Below are positions 21,301 through 33,300 of a DNA stretch of 64,000 nt, piece after piece. The position numbers and the translations under genes are program-made. Under the pieces are notes generated by a model. That model ran no database searches and was not told the origin of the DNA. It saw only the letters and a program-made list of their open reading frames with translations. The stretch's first letter is position 1; every line of letters begins with the position of its first letter. Source of the stretch: Yuukianura sp. NJ FZ-2021 (Eukaryota); contig CM102284.1 in NCBI GenBank assembly GCA_046563655.1, positions 4,650,001 through 4,714,000 on the forward strand. Reading direction: 5' to 3'.

Positions 21301-24300
21301 TCCCCTAACGGCCTAAGTAAGGAGAATTATAATGGTTCAGAATCAGACGTCAGTTTCATCCGGGACCAGGGTAGTACACTCTGTCTTCACACTTTTTTTG
21401 ACTATGGATCTGTGGGACTAGAGGAATGGGACTAAAGAGATTAAGGGGGTACTCGGCAGGAGGAAAAGTTCCCTTCAAAAGTGCCTTCCATATTACTCGT
21501 GTCATATTTGGCAATGGAAGGCCTCAAATTGCATTCTTCATAAGTTTCCGGCCAGTAGCTGGATCCTGGATCCGTGGATCGTCAAGAGCAGTTTCACGGT
21601 GGGAACGTGCCAGGAAAGACTCTTCTTGGCACGGAGGTTCGTCGTAGTCAGCTATTCGGGAGACCAGTAGCAAAGGTCCTGGCCTAACTTTTACGTGTCA
21701 CTAGGTTAGAACTTCGAAGTTGGTGACGCTGAACGCTGGTCGCCCTAGGGTAAAGGCGAAACCTTCACCTAAACATGAACGTAGGTGGAGAGTAGCCTAG
21801 GAATTACCAGGAGCGATGTAAGTGACGTTCGTCGGTTCTGGATCTGTGCGAAAACCGCGAAGACATTTCTGGACTTGAACTTCCTCGTTGTGGTTTTCCA
21901 TTGAGAGTTCCAGACATGGACAAAGTGAACCAACTTCCTTGTTCTATACTACAATTACTCCTGCCTGGCCTGGGCAAGTCTATATGTTGGTTATTTTGAG
22001 ACTGGAGAGCAAGATAATTGATGACCTTTGACCTGCAACCTTTGAAATGTGATCCCGCCTTGACCTTGAGTGAAGACGTTTGATACGACTGAAAGTTGAG
22101 TGAGTCGAGATGACCTCTCGAGGGGGCTACAAAGTTCGGTCTGCTGGGGAATTTGTGAGTTGGTGAACGCTGGAACATAACATTGCAGAACATGAGTTTC
22201 ATTTCATGCGAATTTTACTGACTCTTTTCAAGTTGTGACTTTTGTGGGAAGTTTGGAGGCTGGAAATGCTTCAGCTGTTTGCTGCCTAAGTTCTTGCAGC
22301 GGAAACATTCCAGCGTTTCTTGAAATTTTAGAGACTTGGCTGTGAATGACGACGCTGCGGGATCACCGCTTGACGCTGTCAAGATAAGATGTCAGTGTTG
22401 GTTTGACGCTTGTGGGAACATCTGATCCAGCAAGCTTCGTCCTTAGCCTTAGGAAATTAATTGGAAGTGTTAAGATATTGTCGAAAGTGTAATAGGGTTT
22501 TGGTCTTAGTCTATAGGCTTTCTAAAGGAACGTCAACTCCAGTCGGAGCGACATTGACATCTGAGCAGGCTTATCGTCAAGGACCAGTTTTTGGTGGTTT
22601 TGTGGAAGTAGACAAAACTGGAGTCGTAGAAGTCAAAGTTAAGTGTTGGTGTTGATTTGGAAGTTTGTTGCGAAAGGAGCAAGATCTTGTTGAGGTGTGG
22701 CAGTGGCTTAGTTAGTACTAAAATTAAAAGTGGAAATGGAAATGTTCTCACCAGACGAAACCGCTGGGAAAGTTGGAACTGGAGGTAATTACATTTTATG
22801 GTGGATTAATTTCCTAAAAATTGGCTTTCTGTGTCCTCTACCTGGTAGCTTCTGATGGAGAAAGCAAATTTTGGTGCGTTTGGCAGTGGAATTGAACGGA
22901 GGAAGTCGTTTGGATCTTGACTTTCTCTTTACTCAAAGTTATTTGTGAAAGAGAAAGTTGGAAGACGGAGGGAATGGGAACTGATTTTTACTGGAGAGAA
23001 CTGAGGCGTGAAAATGATTAGAAATTGAACGTAGTTGGCAGTATAGAGACGCTACTACTAGATTCTCTCAGTTTCTAGTGTTCTATTGATTTTTTAGAAA
23101 AAAAGATGAGACTGAGAGGCTCAATTGTCAATCATGTGGAAATTGAAACCCAATGTATGACGCAGTACTAGTGTGGAAAAATTTTGGTGTACTTTGTAGT
23201 AGTTTGAAACTGGTTTTCTGGAATTCGGAGTTGGAATTTGAATAAATTCAATTTCTCTTCGTCTTTTGAAAGAGAAATATGTACAGAATGGAAAGATGTT
23301 TTTGTTTTTTGAAAGTAGGGTGCTTTATGGAAACAGAATTTTTATAAAGTTTGGAACGAAGATCTAAATTGAAGTTTTTTGTTTTTGATGCAGATGAAGC
23401 TCCTCCTCCCGTGCGTAACGTAGGACGAAGGAAATCCGTTTTTGCTGAGACGTACAATCCAGAGGAAGATGAAGATGACAAGCCATCAGTAAGTGAACTT
23501 TTCACCTTCACTGATTTCCCAAAGGCATTTTGAGTCTTTTGCTCTCTATCAGTTATAAAGTTCGGAATTGGAGAAAATGCGGGAGAAAGGCAGGAAGAGT
23601 TGTTTGGTTCAGAAAATGAGGTTTTTTGGAATGTAGCTTTCACTTTGATTTTTGTTTGTTTCGTTTTTTGTAAATATTGGTTTTAAGTTGAGTATTATTT
23701 CCGGGAATTCCAATCGGAGTTTTTACTTTTAACTTTCATTTTTAAATTACTGTTAGCTTTCTTTTTTTTTAGTTTGTTTTTTTTGAAACGGTGCCGCAGT
23801 ACTACTTGAAAAGTAAACTTCGGTGTATACTAGATTTTGGAAGCATGCGAATTTCAAAGCTCTTCAGTTTGGAAAGTTTGGCTAATTGGGTGGAAGTGGA
23901 AGTCATTTTCAGTGAGACGGCGGCAGGATTTGGGCTAATGGAGGATTTAAAGAAAATGTTCTGCGGAATTGATTCAGGCAGGAGAAAGCGAGTGAAAGTA
24001 GGAGCTTAAGGCTTGAGGCGGATTTAAACTTAAGTTTGCCCAATATTTGCACTATGGCGCTGGCTTGCTGGTCTCTGAAACCACTTTTTAGGCCTAGGCA
24101 GGTCGAATATTTGCATTTAAAAGAGCCTTAAGGGAACTAGGAAATTATGTTCTGCGTTTTCTTCCCGTAGGCATAAGCGATGTGAGTGAAAGCTTAACCA
24201 ACGTGTTTGAAATTTTGTTTTGCCAGGTATGCTCTAGACAGAAAACCTCCGTTTTACAGTTTAGGGTCTCATAAGAGACTGCGCTGAACGCTGAAAGGAA

Positions 24301-27300
24301 TTTTCATTTGAGCTGGTTGAAGTAGTTCCTGGAATTTGGGGATTTTGTAATAGAGCTTTTCATGTGCTCCTGAATAAGGTTCTTTTTTAATTACTTTTAA
24401 GAAATTGTTTATTTTGACTCTTGAGGAGGAAGAAAAAGATGGAAGAGTGGAAGGAAAGTTGTAACTAATTGAATTTATTTTTAATTTTCTAGGTAATTCA
24501 TCCGAAATCTGACAGCCAACGAGCTCGTCTTGCCGAAGCTGTGAAACATATCCTCCTGTTCCGTTCCCTTGATGGGGTAAGTAACAATGTTTTCAATTCT
24601 GCTTTCATGTTTTGAAAATTTTAGCTTTGTCTTGGGATTTTGAAACTTTATTTTCAACTTAAAAGTTGGGAGATGGAGGACGGAGGAGGAAGGATAGGAA
24701 TTGGTTTGAGATTTTGAAGTTTGTGCGAGAGAATGGCAGAATTTGTTTTGTCGTTGGAAAACTACAAAAGTTGGAAAGTTTTGTTTGTTGAAAGAAAAGT
24801 CAAGTTTGAAGTTGAACTTTTGGGGAACAAATAATTATTATGTTTGTTATCCTTCTGGACTTTTTTTCCCCGCTTGGAAAGTCTCAAATCCAGCAGAGAA
24901 AGTTAGGGCTGACGTTGTGTTGAGTGTTGGCGAGGTGAATGTGTCCGTGTTTCGCGTGACAGACCTCTGTAAGCCTGGAAGCCACGATTTCAAGACTTTA
25001 GTTGGAAAAGTTTATTTCTTTTTGGCAAAACGCAAAAGGAAAGCTGGAAAAGTGGCTGGAGAAAAGTGGAGGGCCTGGATGGCTTTGAGGTTCCTGGATT
25101 TTCCTTCTACTCTAGACGCCTTAAACCCGGAGGGTTAGCGTTTTTCCCGGGATAAAGTTGAATCTTCGGTGCCTTCATAAAACCTTTGAGCTTTGGTGAC
25201 TAAAAGTTAGAATATGGAACGTGAAAGTTGCCCTGGAAAGGTGAAAAGTTAATTGACAAACGAAACTTATCCGCGAGCTGAGCCTGGGTATCGAGTATCG
25301 ACTATCGTGATGTTGGCTTTATTTTAAGTTAGGTATGAGTATGTTAATTTCACCTGGATGTCGTGCTTTGTTTCTTTAACTAGGCGAGTGATGCTCTCCT
25401 ACTTAAGAATAAGCTCCCAATTAATGTCTACACGGGTAGTTTATTTTGGAAATGACTGAGAGCGTGAATTTGAGGGGAAAATGCTTTACTTGGAAGAGGT
25501 AGACATCCACATCAGTGTAAATCATGACGATGAAGGGAGATCAGGAGCCTAATATCATTAGTTTTTATATTGAATCGTCACGGTCGAGGAGTAGACGTCG
25601 GAGAGAAAGTCATTCACGTCCTGAAGTGGTTTTGGGAAGCTTTAAGTGTAGTCGTGATGATCTTCATTATATTTATCCACTGGGAGGGTTTTTCATTATA
25701 ATAAGTTTGAGGAACCTGGTTATGCTTTAGGTTGGGTTTTTATGACTTCCTTTTTCAGTTTATGTTAGGTTTGGTGCTTTTGACAGCGTAATGAAAGTCA
25801 CAGAATGAAAGGAGAGTAAGAGAAAGCAGAATGGAGCTGTCACCGGAAGGCGGGATTTTGGAAAGGTTAGAAGAGTGGAGAAAGTTAAAACATTAAATAT
25901 AATTAAATTACCTTGGAATTTTTAATTTTTTGAATGTAAAAGTTGGGTTTTGCATGGTAAAACATGAAGGAGAACTGAGGAAAAGAAATTTTACGTTTTT
26001 GAAATTTGCAATTTGTTCAGGGTTTTACATAAAATGAGGTTTTTCGCAATGCGGCTGGTGAAATTTAGTTTTCTCTTGGGTTTTGACTCTCTAGGAAGAA
26101 GGAATAAGGAATCGATTCATTGTTTGATGAAGACAAAGTGTGTCTGTCTGGAGAGGTGATTTACTTGGACACAGAATTGCTTCCTGGAAGGATACACAAA
26201 GATACAATATTACAATGGACAGCTTTTCCTTTTGTTTAGTTAGTCTTTTGTAGTGTGAGAGGGCTAAATAAACCGAGTGGTTTGGGAAAACCTAATGAGG
26301 CTGCTAATGAATATTCATGTTTTCCGGTTGGTCACTCTTCTGTTTCTAAAACCACGAGCTTGTTGGGAAGGCTAGTTTTACCAATTTTAGAAATTTGAGA
26401 CACAGCGAAATTTTCGAAAATTGGGAATCGAAAGTTGTGCTACTAAAAAGTTGTGAGTGAGGGAGAAATAATTTGCATTTCAAAAGTCTCTGGTTTTTTG
26501 GCTGGCGCGAATTTGCTATTGATTTTTCGCCAGTCTACTCTTTCTGATAATGATCAACGAGTGCTTTCTCTTTTCGGCATCTTGTACGTTAGGAACTGTG
26601 CATGGGTTGTGTAGGAATTTGGAATTTGGCGCTAATTGGAAAAACCATGAGTTAGGGGAAGGACTTGTTCCCTTGTGCCTTTGAGCCAAAACTTCCAGAA
26701 TTCTTCTGATGTTTGCTTTCTCTTTGATCACATTCACTGCTGGGGAGGTGACCATTATAAAACCTGAGCACTGGAGCAGATCTGTCTTCATTTAGTCCAA
26801 TGTTGGCCATTTTCTTTGACTTCCATTTTAGTATTTGCGTTTCTTCTTTCTAGCAGAGTATTCTATTTGAACAGGTCTAAGCTTCTATTCTTGTTCAAAT
26901 TTCTAACAAGGTTGATCCTAAAAGATGGATTTCATTTGACTAACAAGGAAACATGGAAGCTTAGACCCATTATTGTTGCCAAATGAGAAATGCTGAGAAC
27001 TCATGTTCTCAGATTTCAATTAGGGCTGGGAAATGGGAGAATCAAGGTCAAAAACGTTAGGAACTTGAGTGGAGAAAATAAAAATAAAAGTACTTTGTAA
27101 CGTTGCGTTCCAGATTCGCAATTATGTGGGGCAACATAATTGCGAATTTGGAAAGTAGTAAAGAGGATTTTGGTTGAAATTGTGGGAAGAAATACTTAAG
27201 TTTGGTATGCGTGGGAAGGAAGAAGAGAGGCTTAGAAGCGGATTGGTTGTTGAGGATGTTGTGCTCGATTTGGAAGTAATTGTTGTGCAGTTTAGTTTGG

Positions 27301-30300
27301 GAATTAGATTTTGGAGATTGGAGCTGAGTCTGAGGTTTTTAGACTACATGACTGCAATACACTTGGGAACGAGTTTTGTAGAATCTTCTGCGGTGCTGGA
27401 GGAGTGGATTAAATAAATGGTAAAAGCTTTGGAGATTTCATGCTCTGAGCAGTTTCTTTTTTGATTCTCCAGCGGAGACATGGGAGTAATTGAAAATGTT
27501 GAGGCGTTGATGTAAAAAGTGGTCGTGGTAAGCATTATTCTGTAAAGTAGATTTACCTTTCATTTTTGAAATGTTGCGCCAAAAGGCGTAGCAACCATCA
27601 CATCATGTTTTTCTTGGATGACTGGAGTTAAAGTACTATTTTACCTTGATGTTTTTTTTCCCCGGTAAGGTTTTAGGTTTTGTACTTTCTCCTTTGCCGC
27701 TTTCACTTTCTTGGAGTGCTTTGTCGGATTAAGGAAGAAGGGAACCTCATGATTTTTCCATTTGGAAAATAAGGGAAGTTGAAGGAGAAGGAAGCTTTTG
27801 GTTGGTTTTAAGGCTGGTGGGTTTTGGTGGGTCTCTTGATGGTTGGCGGTGGTGCTGGTGGGGCTCTTGATGGTTACTGGTGGTGGTGCTCGTGGTGGAG
27901 TTAGGGATAAGATGCCTGTCGATGAGCCTCGTTACGGAAAGCTATCGATCTTAAGGCCAGGGAAAGGCTGAAGCGTTTTACACTGCCTCGTAACTTTGTC
28001 TACGAGCGAGCTACACACAGCAAGGATCTTCTTCAAAGAAACTTTTGGTTTTGGCAGAACAAGAACTGCCGAATAGGTTTTTCTTTTAGGTCTATCAAAG
28101 TGGACGTAGGCTATCATTCTGTGTGTCCTTCTTGAAGATGGCTTCGTTGATGATGAAAAGTTTTACTCAGAGGCTGATTGGATACGAGATTGAAGTCCGG
28201 CGAAACGAGAACGGCCTTGTCGCTTGAGGCAGCTTTGGAGTCATGGTGACATGCTGAGACCAAGGTTCACCTGGAGAGATGGAGAAGTTAGTCAATATTC
28301 GTAAGGTAAAAGCTGGCATGAGCTATGCGATGAAGGAGCTAGGAGAATCGATCGGAAGTTTTGGATTCATATTCTGGGGAAAGGCTTACTACTTCGTGCT
28401 GCTTTTTAGGTCGTTGACAGAGAGAAAGCAGTATAGGAAGTTTGGTTCAAAACTAAAATGTAAAAGCTGTCAAAGACACGACGAGAAATTGAAACCCGCT
28501 GGGTGAAAGTTTTTGACATGACGGAAATGGCAACTGTAGAGAAATGAGAACTTTGGAAGTAAAACTTGGGATATAAAAGTGGCAACGAAGTACAAATCCG
28601 TGGAGGCTACTACATTATGTAGTAAAGTTAGAAAGTTACGAACATTAATGTGAAAATGAGTCATTGAGATGGTGATTAAGTAATGGAAAATAAATCTTGT
28701 TTTCCCCTGTGGGAAGGCGGTAGCAGTGTCGCTGGAAGTACCAGTACGGCCAGGATTTTGTAAGGTTTGGTGAATTTTAGGTTAGGCTAAAAGGTTAAGC
28801 CGGGCTGAGGATGCTCGGAGAAAGACAAATTTCGCTTTTAACATGTCTGTCTTTTGACTAATGCTTCAAACTGTTTTATTTTTCATGAAAAGGAAAGTGT
28901 TGTGCATAAAAATTTGAGTTCAGTGTCTGGCTGCTTTTTATAAAATGTGGCTAAATGGAGCTGGACATGGAAAGCGCTGAGAGTTTCCGTAGATTCAGCG
29001 TCACGACACGACGCGCTGTTTTGGCTTGGAGTTCCCATCATTCCCCTGAGTTATTGATTTTCTCTGCCTTTCTTCTGCTCGTTTTTATCATTTCCTTTGT
29101 CACGACGAAGGACTTTCTCCGTTTGAACTACTACTGCACGCTTCGGTGAGCGAACTGTGAATGCTACCTAGAAGATGCTGCTACTACTACGAGATGCTGG
29201 CTAGCAGTTCACCGCATTTATGCAATGGTTGCTTACAAGGAATGTAGATGAATGAATTTTACACGTTTATATAGGTAGTTGTACGCATTTCGTACGTAGA
29301 ACTTAAATTGAAAAAGAATAGGAATTCATCAAAGAGGGAAACTTTCCTCTCATTCAATTGGTAAACCCAACTACTAATATTTTTAGTAAATGCGTTTATG
29401 TAAATACGTAAATTTAGTAAATACTTCTGTAATTGATACATTACTACTCCACTATAACCGAAATTAACCTTCTCTGCCGATCATCAAACTATTAAATGTC
29501 ATCCGTCTGGATTTTTGCGTATATTTCAGTGTGTACTCCCACTTAGCGTCGATTGCAAGAGTCTTTATAAACATATTACAGTGGATTCTCTAAATAAGGG
29601 ACAGGAGCTCCTCCTCTTTCTCACTTTCACTCGAAGTCGCGGTACCGTAAAGTTTTAATTTTGGAGGGAACGTATGTTTCAGTTTATCGGCTTATTTTTT
29701 ACGATTGTTTTTTTTTGGTTAATTTTTTTTTTGGTGCGAAACAAAAGTAATTAGATAATTAAATGGAATTAACTAATATTAATATATATATATTATATAT
29801 ATATATCTGCGCACAACCTGCGCAACAGCGCACAACCTGCGCAACTGCGCACAACCTGCGCACAACCTGCGCAACAGCGCACAAACTGCGCAACTGCGCA
29901 CAAACTGCGCAACTGCGCACAACCTGCGCAACAGCGCACAAACTGCGCAACAGCGCACAAACTGCGCAACAGCGCACAAACTGCGCAACAGCGCACAAAC
30001 TGCGCAACAGCGCACAAACTGCGCAACAGCGCACAAACTGCGCAACAGCGCACAAACTGCGCAACTGCGCACTGTATATAATATATTATATTATATAACC
30101 TGTTTAATAAGGGTGACATTCACAACGTAATTTGCATATAATATACCATGTAATATTGATTCGTATATAGATATCACATATAATTAGCATTAATATATGA
30201 ATATTATGTATATTAATATTAATTATATACTCTGAACTTCGAAACAGGAAATTTTCATTAGAATGGTGTTCCTAGCCTTAAATTCCATATAACTGACCGT

Positions 30301-33300
30301 TTACCAGAAATCTTACGGTACTGGGGGAGGCGCCTACTACCAATCCTCCAATCGTGATTTTTTCCCTTATTTAGAGAATCCACTGTAACATTATTCTCCG
30401 CTAGTTTCCGTTTGTCTATTACGAACAGAACCAAGAAGTACTATGCATTTGCCGTAGTAGGTTACGATCTCGCGGTTATGTTTACTTCAACCCGGAGCTA
30501 GACGCGATTTTTTGCAAAACTTCACACACCCGGCTAGTAAATGTCAATTTTGCAAGAGAACCAACCTGGGCAGGCGTGGCGGAGCTGGTCTAACGCGATA
30601 GACTCGAAATCTATTTCCCTATGGGAGCACAGGTTCGAATCCTTTCGCCTGCGATTTTTTTTGCGCACCAAGTGCTAGGAACGATTTTACACCCTTTTTT
30701 AATTTTTATGCAGTATTTTTTACTTTTGTGCATGTGAATTAAAATGAACCAAAGTGAATGTGAAACAAAATGCAACAAAGACGGTATATTGAAAAAATTT
30801 AATTTTGTTTAACTTTAGTACATTAATTTCATTTAGTATTTCAATTTTTTGCATTTATCTCACCCTGCAATGCTAGAACACCACGCTCCAACTCTGAAGG
30901 CGGGTTATTAGGGATGGTGTACTAATTAATTTTTGCCCAGCTGAGAGTGATGTACTATTTCATTTGGAAGTGGTGTACGATTTGGAAATTTACGGTACAT
31001 ACACCAGATAAAGATACTGGATAATGTTAGCTAAAGAGACCTACGAAAAGAACCATCATCGCTAAACCTTGTTATTATTTTGTTGCGAACGAGAACTTAT
31101 TTCAGAAAGCCTTTCCATATAGCGTGTGGCGTGCCGTAAAATATTGCGAAATTTTGAGGTTTTGTGAAATGTAGTTTTGAGGAGAGCAAATAATTCTTCA
31201 GAGACAAAGACGAAACGGAAGGTCGGTTTTCCAGAGCTCGTTCTTCATGTTTGAGTAATTTTGGCTGGAAAATGTGGTGCTGGAAGGAAGATGATTTAGC
31301 TGCTGGAAAAAATGATGCTGCGCCAGCGATTTTTTGCTGTTTCGATTCTTTTGCCATTTTTAAGTGTAATTCTGCTGAGTCGGCTGTTTCATGACGGCGA
31401 ACGATCAAACTTTTTTTTTTCGAAGCCTGGAGATGTTTTGGAGAAAGCTACCTCTTTTATTTATTCGTTTAACGAGAATGTGGATATCGCTCTTGGCTAG
31501 AAACTTGTTTGAACAAGAATAGGATTTTTTTTTTAACTTTTTCTCTCTCTTTTCTGTGTTCAATTGGATTGGACGAAATTAAAGGTGACCAGTGACATTG
31601 AAGAGTCAGTGTAGCATTTCATAGTCAACGAAATTGCCTTAGTCTCTGGGGACAAGGTTCTTCCATTTCTGGAGATTTTAAACCTTTGGGGGAAAGCACG
31701 GACGCTGGAGTTTCCAGCTCTGTAACTTTGTACAGAAGGAAAATGTATCCTAGGATTTCCTCCTTTCTTCTGTACTTTCACTCACGTTTCAACCTAACTC
31801 CACTTGGCTCTTCCCTTTTTCCATGTTCCGAACGTCTTAAGCCTGCTCACGCTGAAACCTCCATCCTGAAAGTGGGAGAGAAACAACGGGGGTTTTTTAT
31901 ACAGTTTCTACTAGTATATTCCGTTTTTCAGTTCTAGATTCTAAATTCTAGTTTTTCAGCATCTGCTCTCTGCCTGAACAACCTGACGAAGCAAGTCTTT
32001 ACGAAATAGGCCGGAAATTGCTGAACAGAGACTGAAAAAGTAGCTTGTTTCGAATTCCAGCTTCAGTAAGGAATTACGAACATATCGAATCGTGAATTGA
32101 AATTTGATAGATTTTTGAAAGGAGATGCTGGTAATCAGGATTTGTACGTAAACGTAACGCGTTTTGAATTTCATGGCATCCAAAATTTATTCGGGATGAA
32201 TTTCGAATTTAGTTTCCAACGTCAGAAAAACTACTTCAGAGGAATTGAAAATTTTTAGAAATAGTACAAGGTCGCCTACGTAAGAATCTTGGATTACGTG
32301 CTCCAGTTAAGTTATTACTTTTGGTAATGACCTTGCAGGCAAAAATGTTTTTGCGACCGGAGAGAGATTCCAGATTTTCGCTGGAATTGGATTGGTTAAG
32401 CTGGATTTATCTCTCATTTTTGGTTGGTTTAAAGTTTAAATCTTTTTTGTCATCGCTTTAAGCGCAACAGGATGTTGTACGGCGCAGAGTTCGGGTTTTA
32501 GACGGAGACCTACTTTTCATCTTTGCCAGAACGAAAAAGATGAGGTTGATCTTGGGATGAAGGAAAGATGAAATTATGGAGCTTGCCTGCGTTTTTGAAT
32601 TTCAATCAGTTTCTCTCTTCTCTCCTAGGCCGAGTTTCAACAGCAAGATCAATTGAGAAGTTCTGGGTTGAGTCAGTTGCCTTCTCCCTTTGTATAGATT
32701 CTTGCAATCGCTGAATCGCTAATGTCTGGTGTTTGTTATGCTCTGAAGATGGGCTGGCAGTAATAGGCACAGGCTTCCGATTTCTGTTCTCCTTCTCTTC
32801 TAATTTTTACACACGAATGGACGTTTCCGACACTGGAATAGATCTGCTTGTCATGCTGAATTAGCTGCTATAATCGTTTTTAGCTGTCTAACGTTTTGTG
32901 TTGCTACATGCTAAAATTATATTGTACTCGGATCAGTTAGTAAGATTAATCGCTGCGGAAAATTGGAAAATGAAGGATTTTGAGATGTAATCGGAAATTG
33001 ACCTTGTAATGTCAGGACTTTTGGAAAGTGGAACGTATGCATGACAGAGCCGACATTTACAAATTTTGTCTACTAGAAGAAATTACCCATATCTTTCGGA
33101 TTTTAGCGTTTGGAGCGCACTTTAACTTTCTCTTGCGCTCCCGTGTGTGCTTCCTAACTGGTGTTCATTCCATTTGTAGGGATAATAATGGGAAGATTTT
33201 CTTTATGAATTATGTCCGTGGGCTTTCTTCCAGAAATATGCTTTGGGAAATGGAGAAAAGGCTTAGGGAACGTCATATACAACGGTAGGATATTAGTGGG

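Noticed and set aside
21804-22202. 132-aa Ser-rich antisense ORF with acceptor- and donor-like ends in a PKA-RII intron
   Set aside because: No recognisable homology and neighbouring candidate exons hit stops; cannot be supported without expression data.
29808-30074. CRISPR-like array
   Set aside because: Units are head-to-tail with no unique spacers, no cas genes, and the context is eukaryotic.
29759-30119. Four overlapping Cys/Ala- or Gln/Thr-rich ORFs
   Set aside because: Translations of the 20-bp minisatellite inside a MITE.
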